A stretch of DNA of 64,000 bases, taken from the NCBI GenBank assembly GCA_032718475.1, contig JAUCBJ010006261.1:1-64000 (forward strand), in the 5' to 3' direction. Of this stretch, positions 25,037 through 36,900 are shown one piece after another (positions within the stretch are counted from its first letter, which is position 1; every line of letters begins with the position of its first letter). The notes below the pieces were generated by a model, which saw only the letters and a program-made list of their open reading frames with translations, did no database searches and had not been told where the DNA came from. Source of the stretch: Nemertoderma westbladi (lineage: Eukaryota; Animalia; Xenacoelomorpha). A program made the translations under genes and the position numbers.

Positions 25037-25420
25037 ATGAATAGACTTGTGCAGAAATATCGTAACGAACTGGAATTTCTACGCAGCGCTACCCCTCAAC
25101 AAAGAACTTATTTTATTAACCATACTGCGAGTAACGAATTAATACGGCTCATTGTAAATACTGCATTAAATGTTCTAAAAGGTAACGTACAATTGACCCC
25201 TCATTCATTTAGAAATATTCGCCGCTATAAGAAGGTATTGAAATCACTCAACCGTAAAACAAAAAATATATCAAGTTACAGAAAAAAGTTAAGCAATCAA
25301 TCTGGAGGCATACTACCGTTTCTAATACCCTTACTCGGCATTGGCGCGAAACTCGCCGCGAGTGCTGGTGCCGCCGCCGCTGGAGCAGCTATTGCGAAAA
25401 AAATTAACCGTGGACGGTAA
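25037..25420 (+). CDS. Basic core-like protein with an adenovirus pX-like hydrophobic tail
   Basis: K/R-rich region followed by QSGG|ILPFLIPLLG. Confidence 0.65.
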   Translation: MNRLVQKYRNELEFLRSATPQQRTYFINHTASNELIRLIVNTALNVLKGNVQLTPHSFRNIRRYKKVLKSLNRKTKNISSYRKKLSNQSGGILPFLIPLLGIGAKLAASAGAAAAGAAIAKKINRGR

Positions 25421-25644
25421 TAATGGTTAAAACAGGAGTAACATTTAGAAAATTATATTTAGTATCGAGTAAACCGTTAGCTACTGATTTAAATCCTCAA
25501 GATATACCTAGAGTAAATACTATAAAAAGAAAACCCTTCAAAACATCAACTTCAAAGAAAATAATTAAAAAATTTCAGTTGTTCTTACGGTGATGCCCTT
25601 TATAAGAGATTTGAATATACATATTACTTGCGGTAGTCGAAAAG

Positions 25645-26734
25645 ATGCCACGCAAGATGAAACCGATTTTAAGCCGAAGCTTAGACAAAAAACTGTTAAG
25701 AATTTATTTAGATCCTTCATCTCCTGCGGGATTTGCAAGTGTTGCAAAATTAGCAAAAGCTGCAAACATCAAACCAGCACAAGCCCAGAAATGGTTGAGC
25801 GGGCAAAAGACATACACCCTTCACACTCCACGTAGACATCATTATCCAACATCTAAAATATTTACGGGAGGCTTAAAAGATATATATATGATAGATCTGG
25901 TGGATATGCAGCAATATAAATCGCAAAATAATAATTATAACTATATATTAACATGTATTGATGCCTTTAGCAGGCTTTCTTTTGCCTATGGTATGAAAAC
26001 AAAAAAGGGTATTGAAATTATTAGTATATTGCAAAAAATATTCTAGAAAGGAAAACCAAACAGAATCGCGACTGATCAAGGTTCTGAGTTTCTAAATAAA
26101 TCTGTAAGGAAATATTTAGATACGTTAGGTATACAGTATTACGTAATGTACTCTGTGAATAAGGCGGCTATTGTCGAGAGATTCAATAGAACATTAAAAA
26201 CAAAGATGTTCAAAAATTTTCACGCAACGGGAAAATAATGTTTGGATAAAAATTTTACCTAAGCTTATCTCGGCTTATAATAGGTCATATCATAGGACAA
26301 TACAAATGACTCCCATTGAAGTTAATAAATTTAATGAAACTGAATTAATGAATAGATTATATGGGAAATATAGACAGATTAATCACAAGAAAATAAAATT
26401 TAAAGTTGGAGATACAGTACGATTATCTATCGCTCGTACTGCTTTTGCTAAAGGCTATCGAGAACAATGGACACGTGAATTATTTATTATTCATCGTGTC
26501 AGGTTGGATAGAGTACCAGCGGTAATGTTCGATATTAAGGACAGCGCTGGAGCTATAATAAATGGCTCATTTCATTCATACGAACTCCAAAAGGTCCACC
26601 TGAATAGTAATATTTATCTTCCAATTGACAAAAATATTGGCAAACTTAAAGAACGTGTACGCAATGGGAAGAAAGAATATTTAGTCCGATTCATCGGATC
26701 CAAGAAACAGTCGTGGGTACAGCATATTCAATAA
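25645..26734 (+). pseudogene. Polinton retroviral-like integrase
   Basis: IDLVDM, CIDAFSR, TDQGSEF, VERFNRTLK and a chromo-like tail EYLVRFIG..W. TAG at 26044 and a lesion near 26236. Confidence 0.93.
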
Positions 26735-26975
26735 GCTTAGGTTTATACTGTATATTAATTCATTTTGGTCACATATGTCCGTAATTAATCAATATTGACT
26801 AGAATGATATTACTATATCTATAGTTCATCCGCTTTAAATAAAGCCAGTAAAATATTGATCCCTCGCATATACTGTAGAAGATGCGACAATGAACGTGGT
26901 CACAGATGTCTATAATTTAACATTATACTGTATGTGCAAAGGAGTCAAGTAGAGAGAGCTTAAATAATAATAATA

Positions 26976-27848
26976 ATGGCCACAGATACATATATCACTC
27001 TACTTTCAGATAGCTCATTAAACACTTATCCCAATAATAATCCTAGCGAGTTTACTGTTGATTTAGCCGAAGAATTATATATTGGTCCAAACGCTAAAAT
27101 TGGGATTGCCGAGCTACAATACCAAGCAACATACAGTAATATTACGCTGCAAACTCAAATCTTGCTGTCAATCGGGGTAGATGCAAAAGATGCCAAATTA
27201 TATAGTTTATTTCCTGGTATGCATAGCTCTATTCAAGTGATTATTGATGATATAAATAAACTGTTTAATTCTGAAGCGAAATATAGAGATTTCGAATTCA
27301 TTTTTAATACAAATAATTCTAGAATTAAATTTAAATTTCCTAAAAAGTTGAAAAAAATACAATTAAGTCTACGTGGTGATTTAATACAAATTCTAGGCTT
27401 AAAACCGTTATTGGATCAGAATCATCCAGGTATTCCGAATTGGGATATATACAGTACCACTACAGTAGATGAATTAAGCAATATAGAACAGCCGATATTA
27501 ATTTTAAATTATAGCGGACCAAAAATTTCGGAAATTGGCATTTTAGATTTTCCAGCTCCCACGAATATAACTCGTAATAAAGACACTATCTTCATATATA
27601 CAGATATTATTAAGAGCTCATTTGTTGGCGACGCTTTAGCTCCGCTCTTAAGAACCTGTCCATTAACACAATTAAATCGAAAATATATTAATCATGAATA
27701 CGAGAGCATTTGCTATTACCCATTGTTGAATAAAAAACTAAAAACAATATTAATTACTTTACGTGACGGGCAAGGCGAATTAATTAATTTTAGCGGAGGT
27801 CGCACTGTTATAACACTTAAGTTAATACGCGGTGGGGATGATGGATGA
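26976..27848 (+). CDS. Minor capsid (penton-like) protein 1
   Basis: YITLLSDSSLNTYPNNNPSEF; IFIYTDII..SFVGD..APLLR; ITLRDGQGELINF. Confidence 0.85.
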   Translation: MATDTYITLLSDSSLNTYPNNNPSEFTVDLAEELYIGPNAKIGIAELQYQATYSNITLQTQILLSIGVDAKDAKLYSLFPGMHSSIQVIIDDINKLFNSEAKYRDFEFIFNTNNSRIKFKFPKKLKKIQLSLRGDLIQILGLKPLLDQNHPGIPNWDIYSTTTVDELSNIEQPILILNYSGPKISEIGILDFPAPTNITRNKDTIFIYTDIIKSSFVGDALAPLLRTCPLTQLNRKYINHEYESICYYPLLNKKLKTILITLRDGQGELINFSGGRTVITLKLIRGGDDG

Positions 27849-28686
27849 ATTCTACGTTAGACTACCGAGTAACTCCTGTCCAGTTGATTTTCCGTGTAAT
27901 TCTGCTAGTAGTTATCAGATCAATTTCCATGGTGCCTTACCTATAAACCCAAACGAAAACTGGGTGGTAGGTATAAAAAGTATATTTTACTTAGCAACGT
28001 TGCCGTCAATGTATAACAATGTAGAGAATGTTATTTTATTAAAAAAAGGGAAAAAAAATTTTGAGGATACACTTCCATCCGGTTTGTTCTACATTATCAA
28101 TGACATTATAGATTATTTTAACACGGGGGCGTTGAAAGATAAATTACAAATAGTTGAAAATACTCAGCAAAATAGGTTGCAATTTATTTTAGGGAAAGCG
28201 GTGCAAGAGTTATTTATAGGTCAACAATTAGCCTATTATTTTGGAATTACTGAAAATAATCTCGGCGCGAATTTAAATCCAAATTTTAAAATTATTTTGA
28301 AGACGAAAAATAATATAAAGGGTTATTTAATAAAGGTTATCGGAAATGGAGAAAAAGCTTACCAGATGGTATTTTTATGCCCTCAACCACCCAATTCTAT
28401 TCCAGAACCTAAGTCGAACATGTACGTGACTACTAATATAATTGAAAATCAATATAATAATGATTTTGGTTTAGCTTTACTTCGTCGTGTTGCGATACCT
28501 GATGACGTGAAATATGGTAGCGTAATAAATAAAGAATTTGTCAAGGATACAATTCATTATATCCCTGTAAAAAAATCATATAAGATAACATACATTCATA
28601 TTGAAATAACAGACAAAGAAGGAAAAGATTTGAATTTTGAATACGGGACAACATCTATTACATTACACTTTAAACGAATAAATTAA
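27841..28686 (+). CDS. Minor capsid (penton-like) protein 2
   Basis: FYVRLPSNS; MYVTTNII; LLRRV; IEITDKEGKDLNF..GTTSITLHFKR. Confidence 0.85.
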   Translation: MDEFYVRLPSNSCPVDFPCNSASSYQINFHGALPINPNENWVVGIKSIFYLATLPSMYNNVENVILLKKGKKNFEDTLPSGLFYIINDIIDYFNTGALKDKLQIVENTQQNRLQFILGKAVQELFIGQQLAYYFGITENNLGANLNPNFKIILKTKNNIKGYLIKVIGNGEKAYQMVFLCPQPPNSIPEPKSNMYVTTNIIENQYNNDFGLALLRRVAIPDDVKYGSVINKEFVKDTIHYIPVKKSYKITYIHIEITDKEGKDLNFEYGTTSITLHFKRIN

Positions 28687-28687
28687 A

Positions 28688-29095
28688 ATGGATTCTGATT
28701 TATTTCAAAGATACAGTAAACCTCAATATGGTGGTGCAGACTCTAATCTTGCTGTTTTTAAAGGTGGTAGAAGTACGAGAGGCTCGACGCAAGTTCCTGT
28801 TTTTCGAGGTGGTTCATATATTGAACCTTACGGTCAACAAATTGGTGCATTTGGTCCAAACTTAAAACAACGTCGTTTTCAACGTTATCGTAGAGGTATG
28901 TCGCAAACAAATCAACACGGAGAAGGTATATTTACAGACGCTGTATCGACATTGAAAAAATTTGGTAAGCCATTAGCTAAAAAAGTGTTACAAAAAGCTT
29001 TACCATTTACCACAAAATTTATGAGACAACACGTAATACCAAAAGGTAAGCGGGTCTTACATCAGCAGGCTAATATGGTTATAATAAAGCATTAA
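28688..29095 (+). CDS. Basic core-like protein
   Basis: QYGG, FxGG and QHGEG motifs, R/K-rich, directly upstream of the MCP. May be frameshift-truncated. Confidence 0.6.
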   Translation: MDSDLFQRYSKPQYGGADSNLAVFKGGRSTRGSTQVPVFRGGSYIEPYGQQIGAFGPNLKQRRFQRYRRGMSQTNQHGEGIFTDAVSTLKKFGKPLAKKVLQKALPFTTKFMRQHVIPKGKRVLHQQANMVIIKH

Positions 29096-29255
29096 ATAAA
29101 ATGAAACCATCAACCAGATCTGTTGTAGAAAAAGTTTATAGAGATTTAAAGCGACCTACTAGACCAATGTCTATGAACATACATCATCGTCGTAGTAAAA
29201 ATAGAAAAATAAAAAAAGGCAAACTGAAACACTGCGAAAAAAGTATTTTTTAATA

Positions 29256-30515
29256 ATGTCAATTATTAAGGAATTAGATTTATTTTCTACACAGCCAATA
29301 CAGACTGAATTTAAAGCAAAGCATTATGAAACAATTTACCCAGTATCTAATCTCAGAAGTGAGTCTAGGGAAGTCACGTTCCTTGTACCGAGATCCAATG
29401 AATTCTATACGAAACTGCAAGATGCGTTATTAATTACAAAATGTACTGTACGGTGGGATAGACGACTTGAAAACTCCCATATTTATATGTTGAATTACCC
29501 TTCTGGGACTATGTGGAGTGATATTAAAATAGACCTTAATGAGAAGCAGGTTGAAAATAGCAATAACCATTATTTCTACAAGTCGTACTTATCCAATTTA
29601 TTATTTACAACTTACGAGGATAAAAATGGGCTACTGGGTGCTGGTGGCTTTCATCAGCCTTTATCTGAACACGGAAATGAAATTGATCCCGGTGCGCATC
29701 CTATTGGCGATGCCTTTAGTAAACAAATGCAATTTGTAAGTGGATTGATGATTGATTTTGATACTGAAACTAAAATAATACAACCCGGGTATGATTTAAG
29801 AATGCATTTTAGAAAAGTATCAAATTCGTTTATTTTTAAAATCACTCCAAACGCAAACGCCGTGACAAATCTTCGGCTAGAATTAGATGAAGTAAAGATC
29901 CTAATCCCTAGAATGGAGGTTAATCCGGTAATAGAAAGCAGTCACCTAAAAGGTTTAGAGAGTTACGATATTGAATATCAATTCCAAAAAAAGGAGGTTA
30001 CAACATTTACTATTCCCGCTCAAACCACAAATTACACCCAAACAAACATATTTGATGGTAAAAAACCCAAATTAGTTATTATCGGCTTCATAACAAATAA
30101 CGCTTATTCGGGAGAATTAATTAGCAATCCCTTGAAATTTGAACATTTTAACCTTAGACGCGCGGAACTGATTGTAGACGGTCTTCCAGTAGGTAGTGTA
30201 ATATACGAACCTAATTTTACAGATGGAACATATATTTTTGAGTATACTCAATTAATGAAGAACATTAATACATATATTAACGGTTATGGAGGTAATAATA
30301 TAGACCATGAAACCTACTTAGGTAATTGCCCCCTCCTATCCTGGGACCTAACCGCCGACGGCTATGTTAGAGATCCGCAGCCGTCGATATATACTAACGG
30401 ACAATTAAAATTAAGATTTGCCGAACTGTTGGTTGAGACCATAAATGTAATCGTTTTTAATATTTATGATCAATCATTAAGTTTAAATAGCAGGAAAGAA
30501 ATACATATCGATTAA
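29256..30515 (+). CDS. Major capsid protein (double jelly-roll, PY)
   Basis: ELDLF..QPIQ start; NIFDGKKPKLVIIGF; AYSG...NPLKFEHFNL; WDLTAD; 419 aa. Confidence 0.9.
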   Translation: MSIIKELDLFSTQPIQTEFKAKHYETIYPVSNLRSESREVTFLVPRSNEFYTKLQDALLITKCTVRWDRRLENSHIYMLNYPSGTMWSDIKIDLNEKQVENSNNHYFYKSYLSNLLFTTYEDKNGLLGAGGFHQPLSEHGNEIDPGAHPIGDAFSKQMQFVSGLMIDFDTETKIIQPGYDLRMHFRKVSNSFIFKITPNANAVTNLRLELDEVKILIPRMEVNPVIESSHLKGLESYDIEYQFQKKEVTTFTIPAQTTNYTQTNIFDGKKPKLVIIGFITNNAYSGELISNPLKFEHFNLRRAELIVDGLPVGSVIYEPNFTDGTYIFEYTQLMKNINTYINGYGGNNIDHETYLGNCPLLSWDLTADGYVRDPQPSIYTNGQLKLRFAELLVETINVIVFNIYDQSLSLNSRKEIHID

Positions 30516-30517
30516 GT

Positions 30518-30970
30518 ATGTTATCCACAGAGGACCTTGATATGTTTCCAGTGGGTGGTCACTATTTGGGAGAATTTCCAGCTAACAAATTACCTAAATT
30601 AGATAATAATAAGCGGCGGGATTATGGGTTAATAGTAAATACCGATAAAGAGCATCTTCCTGGGATTCATTGGATCGCAATATATATACGAGATAATGAA
30701 GCCGAAGTATTTGACTCGTTTGGACCAAAATATCCAAACAGATGTATCGAAAAATGGCTTGAGAAAAATTCCGCGAGGTGGCGTACTACTCGCAAACAAT
30801 TTCAAGACCCTAGGAGGACCACATGCGGTCTATACTGTCTTTATTATTTGGTAAATCGTATTCACACAATCTATCCAATGAGAGCGTTTACAAATAATGT
30901 GGAAATAAATGAAATAATATTATATAAATGGCTTGTTAATTATTATAAATTAAACCAACAAACATTGTAA
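30518..30970 (+). CDS. Adenain-like cysteine maturation protease
   Basis: VNTD...GIHW, FDSFG, Q-x6-CGLYC. Confidence 0.92.
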   Translation: MLSTEDLDMFPVGGHYLGEFPANKLPKLDNNKRRDYGLIVNTDKEHLPGIHWIAIYIRDNEAEVFDSFGPKYPNRCIEKWLEKNSARWRTTRKQFQDPRRTTCGLYCLYYLVNRIHTIYPMRAFTNNVEINEIILYKWLVNYYKLNQQTL

Positions 30971-31001
30971 TTAATCATTTAACTTTTGTTTATCAGATAA
31001 A

Positions 31002-31598
31002 ATGGATAATATTATTTTTGTTGATTTTCAATATTATACGATAGACAATAAAGAGTATCCGGTAGTATTTAAAGAATTTGCTATATTCGATTCTAATTAC
31101 ACCAAAACTAATGTAAAGACGTTTTTAATTAAAGGCCCACCTAATATTAAGTTATCAGCATTAGATGCAGCCCACGTAAACAATTTACGAGACATGACTT
31201 CTCATTTACCTTGGGACTACGGCGACATTTCACAAGATGACTTTAAAACATACATGAAGAGACATTTAAAATATAAAAAAAATATATATGTATTTGGGTT
31301 GATGAAGCAGGCAATATTAAACACCCAACTTGATGTTCTTGCACCAAATTCGATGGAGAAATTGGGAATATATGAGCGATATCACGATTATTTAACCCCT
31401 TGTCGCTTCCACAATCAATTTACTACCGTAGAAAATAAATGTGCGTTCCACTTAAACACAAGGGATAACTGTCTGCGGTACTGCTCAGCAAAACACGTCG
31501 GTGGGTATGTGATGAAACGCTTTTTCGTGAGAAAGCGTTTAACTGTGATTGATAATGATAAACAGAAAGAAATAACTGCGGTGGAAGATGTACTGTAG
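31002..31598 (+). CDS. Hypothetical protein, possibly DEDD/RNase H-fold nuclease-like with Cys/His tail
   Basis: IIFVDFQ...FKEFA, LPWDYGD, IYVFG..K, CxxH motifs. Confidence 0.45.
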   Translation: MDNIIFVDFQYYTIDNKEYPVVFKEFAIFDSNYTKTNVKTFLIKGPPNIKLSALDAAHVNNLRDMTSHLPWDYGDISQDDFKTYMKRHLKYKKNIYVFGLMKQAILNTQLDVLAPNSMEKLGIYERYHDYLTPCRFHNQFTTVENKCAFHLNTRDNCLRYCSAKHVGGYVMKRFFVRKRLTVIDNDKQKEITAVEDVL

Positions 31599-31968
31599 GT
31601 TTACTGTAAGCTTGTAATGTGATGGGATATAATATAATTTTATTTTGGTGATGATCTTGATGTTAATATAAAAATATAATAAAATATAATTTTTTTACAA
31701 CAAGTTCTCTAAAAAAGAGTCAATTGCGCTAGGTTAACCATACACATTTAACAATATGACGTAGACGTAACATGTACAGTAAGTATTCTCGATATCATTC
31801 TAATATAGATGTACTGGTATTGCAAAACATCCTATACATCGCAAACTAATAACACATACAGTAGTTGACTAGTAATATTAGTCAGAAATGCAACATAAAC
31901 TGTATAGGATGTAGTGTTAACCTGTTGGTACCGGTACTGATAAATTCAATAATTTATTATAGGCCTAA

Positions 31969-33290
31969 CCACAACTGTCATCCGCTTTATCAGTACCGGT
32001 AGTGTTTTACTCTTCCAACACTGTAGTCACAGTCTACTGGTATCAGTACAGCAGTAATCTGAAGCAATAGCATACTGCTGTCATGATCCGGATTACACGC
32101 AGGGGTCTCACATACTGGGATTAGATCACCTACCCAAACAATACAGTACTGCAGTACTGTCGCTGTTGTTGTAACAGTATAGTCAGATAGAGCATACTGA
32201 TTTCCTTTGATTAGCATTGTACTGCAGTATCGGTACTACAGTATTAATGTAACAGTACCCGCAGTAACAAACTAAGCCAATGTATACAATATCGTGAGCC
32301 AGTTACAATCAGATGTGTACGCAGTCAGCCACACTGCGGGGATGCGGTCAACCTCACAGCTAGCCTCGCAGCTCCTATCCACAACTGTCATCCACTTTAT
32401 CAGTACAGCAGTAATCTGATGCAATAGCATTTGTTTTTTTTCCCTTTAAGGATACTGCTGTCTACCCGAACCTTGATTAGCATACTGCTGTCATAACCTA
32501 GAAGGTACGCGTGGCTCTCACATATAGGGATTAGATCACCTACCCAAACAATACAGTACTGCTGTACTGTCGCTGTTGTTGTAACAGCATAGTCAGATAG
32601 AGCATACTGATTTCCTTTGATTAGCATTGTACTGCAGTACCGATACCGCAGTATTAATGTAACAGTACCTGTAGTAACAAACTAAGCCATTGTATACAAT
32701 ATCGTGAGCCAGTTACAATCAGATGTGTACGCAGTCAGCCACGCTGCGGGGATGCGGTCAACCTCACAGCTCCTATCCACAACTGTCATCCACTTTATCA
32801 GTACAGCAGTAATCTGATGCAATAGCATTTGTTTTTTTACCTATAAGGATACTGCTGTCTACCCGAACCTTGATTAGCATACTGCTGTCATAACCTAGAA
32901 GGCACGCGTGGCTCTCACATATAGGGATTAGATCCCCTACCCAAACAATACAGTACTGCAGTACTGTCGTTGTTGTTGTAACAGTATAGTCAGATACAGC
33001 ATGTTGATTTCCTTTTATTAGCATTGTACTGCAGTACCGGTACCACAGTATTAATGTAACAGTACCCGCAGTAACAAACTAAACCATTGTATACAATATC
33101 GTGAGCCAGTTACAATCAGATGTGCGCGCGGTCAGCCTCGCAGCCACCCTCGCAAGCAGCATCGCTACCAGCCTCGCAGCCAGCCAGCCTCGCAGCCAGC
33201 CTCACGGCACGCAGTTAGCCTCGCAGCCAACCAGTCAGCCAGCCAGCCACCGAGCTACTGCCGGCTAGGCACGCAGTCAGCCTGTGAGAG
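31969..33290. repeat. About 400-bp tandem repeat x3 plus CAGCCTCG microrepeats
   Basis: CCACAACTGTCATCC recurs near 31969, 32379 and 32777. Confidence 0.9.
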
Positions 33291-33370
33291 TCATACTTAT
33301 TCAAACGAGGTTAGTTTTCCCTAACTACCGATAGATTGATTGAAAAATAATAATGTTTAATTTTCACCTT

Positions 33371-33925
33371 CTAATCACCAATATATTCTACACCTAAAGT
33401 CACAACACCAAACATTAATAAATAATTAACAAGTTTACTAAATATACGGTAATAAATGTGAAATTTCCTAGGTGAACACATTAAAGTACATTTACCGGTA
33501 TGAAAGCAGCAAATGACTACGGTATTATTTATTCTTATTTTGCAATTATTAAAAATTTCAGGTGCATATATAACTTGAAGTTGCACATTATCAAAGACAA
33601 CATAAAACCCGGTATTGTTTATCAATAACCTATAGACTACAGACTTAATACTAAAAATATAAGTACATAAATTAACAGATTTTAAAATCAAATTAATACT
33701 AGTTTTATCAAATATATGCTTTTTTACTTTTTGGAAATTATACTTACTACCTAATAATGTAATACGACCATTTTTAAATATTAATAATGTGGCACCAAAT
33801 ATCTTATATATAAACTGATTTGGTTTGAGTATGTGTTTACCAGATAATTGATTTTTTAATTCTTTAAAATTAATCGCTGACACTTGCTGGCAACTTACAT
33901 TCTTATTAACTATCTGATAGTTCAT
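33371..33925 (-). CDS. Divergent TATA-binding protein (TBP)-like protein
   Basis: 184 aa from ATG 33925 with two TBP-like half repeats: YQIVN...ATLLIFKNGRITLLG and YAPEIFN...VICCFHTGKCTLM. Confidence 0.72.
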   Translation of the reverse strand: MNYQIVNKNVSCQQVSAINFKELKNQLSGKHILKPNQFIYKIFGATLLIFKNGRITLLGSKYNFQKVKKHIFDKTSINLILKSVNLCTYIFSIKSVVYRLLINNTGFYVVFDNVQLQVIYAPEIFNNCKIRINNTVVICCFHTGKCTLMCSPRKFHIYYRIFSKLVNYLLMFGVVTLGVEYIGD

Positions 33926-36900
33926 TGTTTGGCTCCCGATAAATAGGTATATTGTTTTTTTTTTTGGGTTTTTCAACCTTTGTTTGATAGTGACCCCAGG
34001 GAAGTGAATGATTTTTATTAACCCAATAAAGTTTATCGTCAAATGCGCTGAGAGCAAACTTATCTCGTGCTACAGTATACACTTTGTGTAATTGGCTCTG
34101 AAATTGATGCGTTTCCTTGGAAATTTCCTCGTTATCCTTATATGCTCTTAAATAATCTTCGTGGCAAATATTTTTATCCACAACAGCTCTTGTTATTCCT
34201 TTCGCCCGTCGTATGTTAGATTCATTCCATTCCAAAATTGAATATAACTTTGGACGTAAAAATACAGCTTCCTTAATCTCTCGTGAGGCTAGTTCATCTT
34301 TACAGTAATAGAGTCTGGATTTATTTTTATCGCTGTAGAGAGGGTGATCCTTGGGGTAATTGGATGTATCTAGAATATTATTTTTAATTAAGGCTTTTAA
34401 AAAATTATTGTGCGATGTATTATAGTAACAACCTATTAAAGAGTCCGTATCTGATGCTACAATTTCAATTCGACAGTTTAATTCTTTCTCAATAGGTAGC
34501 AATTTATCGTAATACAGCTGATACATATCCAATTTAGCCAAATCCAAGACAGTACTACCTACATAGACTGGCTTATCGAGAGTTACAGAGTCTTTCACTA
34601 ATAAATGTCCCGATAAGGAATCATTATAAATCATGAAATTTTCGTGATTTATACGTTTGACCAATAAATCGCATTTCTCTTTACTATTAGCGATACGAAA
34701 GTTGCAACGGTCTCGTATTTTCTCTATCGTTTTTCCAAATAACGAATTATTTAGAAGTTTCGCGACAGCTGTTTAATATAACTTTTTGCTACTCGCCTTT
34801 GATTAATATTAAAATCTATATAGGGTTTAAATACAAAGTCTTGATGGAAAGAATATAATTTATGGAGCTTAGTAACAATTAAACCTTGTTTTATATAAAA
34901 TTTTAACAGTTTTAAATTTACATGATAGAATTCTTTATCGAATTGTGTCAACATAAGTTTTGGTGCACACATCTTATACTTGCTATTAGTACCTCTTTGT
35001 TTACAAACATGATTATATTGTTCCCTCATATATGGTGAAAGCATTGTCTCATTTATACTTAAATGTTCTGGGGCTAAGGGTAGTTCTAATGTACGATCAT
35101 GAATATCTTTGGGATATTTCAAATCGCAAATTAAGAAAAACACAATATCCCCTTCAGTATCAAGATTTGTTAAATATTTTATTAGTTCTTCTGGAGCAGC
35201 ATTCTCTAAATATGTAACGTTGACTTGTTCAAAACCTGAAACAGGTAGCTTTTTACTTAAATTACCCGAATACAAGGAATTAAAATCTATATTGAAAATA
35301 TGACACTCTTCCTTGCTTGGATCATAATTATCAGTATCTGGTATATTTGATTCTATGTAATGCTTTCGACAGATTGAAACCCCTCCTCTAATAGATGCTT
35401 CAAAATCTCTATATGTTTGGTAATCTTTTATTAATGCTAACTTACATTTATTGTATTTCAGGGCGCAATCATAAGTGAAAGCTGCGATACTACAATAATA
35501 AACTACTTCTAATTCGTAGTTTTGTCTACATACTCTCCTAAAGTTCTCAAATATAATAATAATAATAATATCAATTTTATTTCATTCACAGTTGAACATA
35601 TTAAAATATACGTGCACAATAAATAATTATATTAATATGAAAATATGTCGGAATTTATTACTATAGCATGATAAAAATATATAACTAATAAAAAATATAA
35701 TTAAATTAATTCGGCTCTACCCGTAAACGGCGATACGACTTAAACATCTCAGATTGAGACAAACAGTTATCTCGGACAGCACGAATAACGACGTTAGTTG
35801 ATGTGGATACTCGTGAGAATAAACTGTGTAAAGCAAAACGGTGTATATGGACAACCGATCGTATTCCTAGAGTGACTAGCATTTCACTAGCACTACAATA
35901 GCTGCTATATCCAAACAGTTTCCTAACAGATTTAGTTAAGGCCACCTTGAGGCTATTAAATATTTGTTGACTGTAGTAAACATCGGCCCATAATGCATTA
36001 CAATAAATATTACAACAGTAGCTATTGAACAGTTTAAGTTTAACCGATTTACTGCACTTATTAAATTTACGAATTAAAATATTAGCACGTGAATACAGTG
36101 ACCTGGTTTGGGCTTTAATATCTACGTCATCAGAAAAATCTGATGTGATATAATGCCCCAAATATTTAAACTTGTTCACTATCTCAAGTTTTTTACCGCC
36201 TAATGTGAAATTCGTACATGTTCTAGAATGTTTCCTATAACCACTATACATAATTATACATTTAGACTTCTTAGGATTGAACTTAATGTTATTACGGTTT
36301 GCAAAATTTACACAAATATCTAATAACTGCTGAAGTGCAACTGGCGATGTACTCATCAAGCTAAGATCGTCAGCATAAAGCAAATGATTCAAACAAATAT
36401 CAATATGACAGCCTAACTCCGAATTAGCTAATCAGAAAATGATTGGATGATGGTAATTTCGAATCATTGAATTTATTTAAATCTGTCAGATACTAAGAAA
36501 ATGCAAATCGTAGAGATTGCAGTTGTGTGCAGCGAGTATATACATGTGTCGTTTCAACGATAAAGAGCGGTTACACGCGTTACAAGCGGCTGTTATATAG
36601 TTACCAGTAATATGTGAGTGATGTTTGTTTTTCTCAGATTTATCCTTAAATAAAACATTGCAATAAAAGCAAGTTTTAGCTTTCCAAAAACTTAACTTAT
36701 CTACATCATTAAGTATTATCTTTTGTCTGGTGTGGGTTTCTAACCACTTATATAATTGGGTGATGTCATTATATACAGAGTCTAAAAAGTCTTGAATACA
36801 GTTGTTGTCGATTGTTTTTGTAAAGGTCTTCAAATACAATTTTGGTGGATTGATTAATTCACTACTAGGAACAATTAAATAACTTACAGCGCATGGAATA

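Noticed and set aside
24301-31004. TAAATG/TAATG-like motif before Polinton starts as a late promoter
   Set aside because: Cannot be told apart from AT-rich background and stop-start overlaps without statistics.
33926-34057. N-terminal extension of the 228-aa ORF call
   Set aside because: Overlaps pPolB in another frame; ATG 33925 matches the TBP-like start better.
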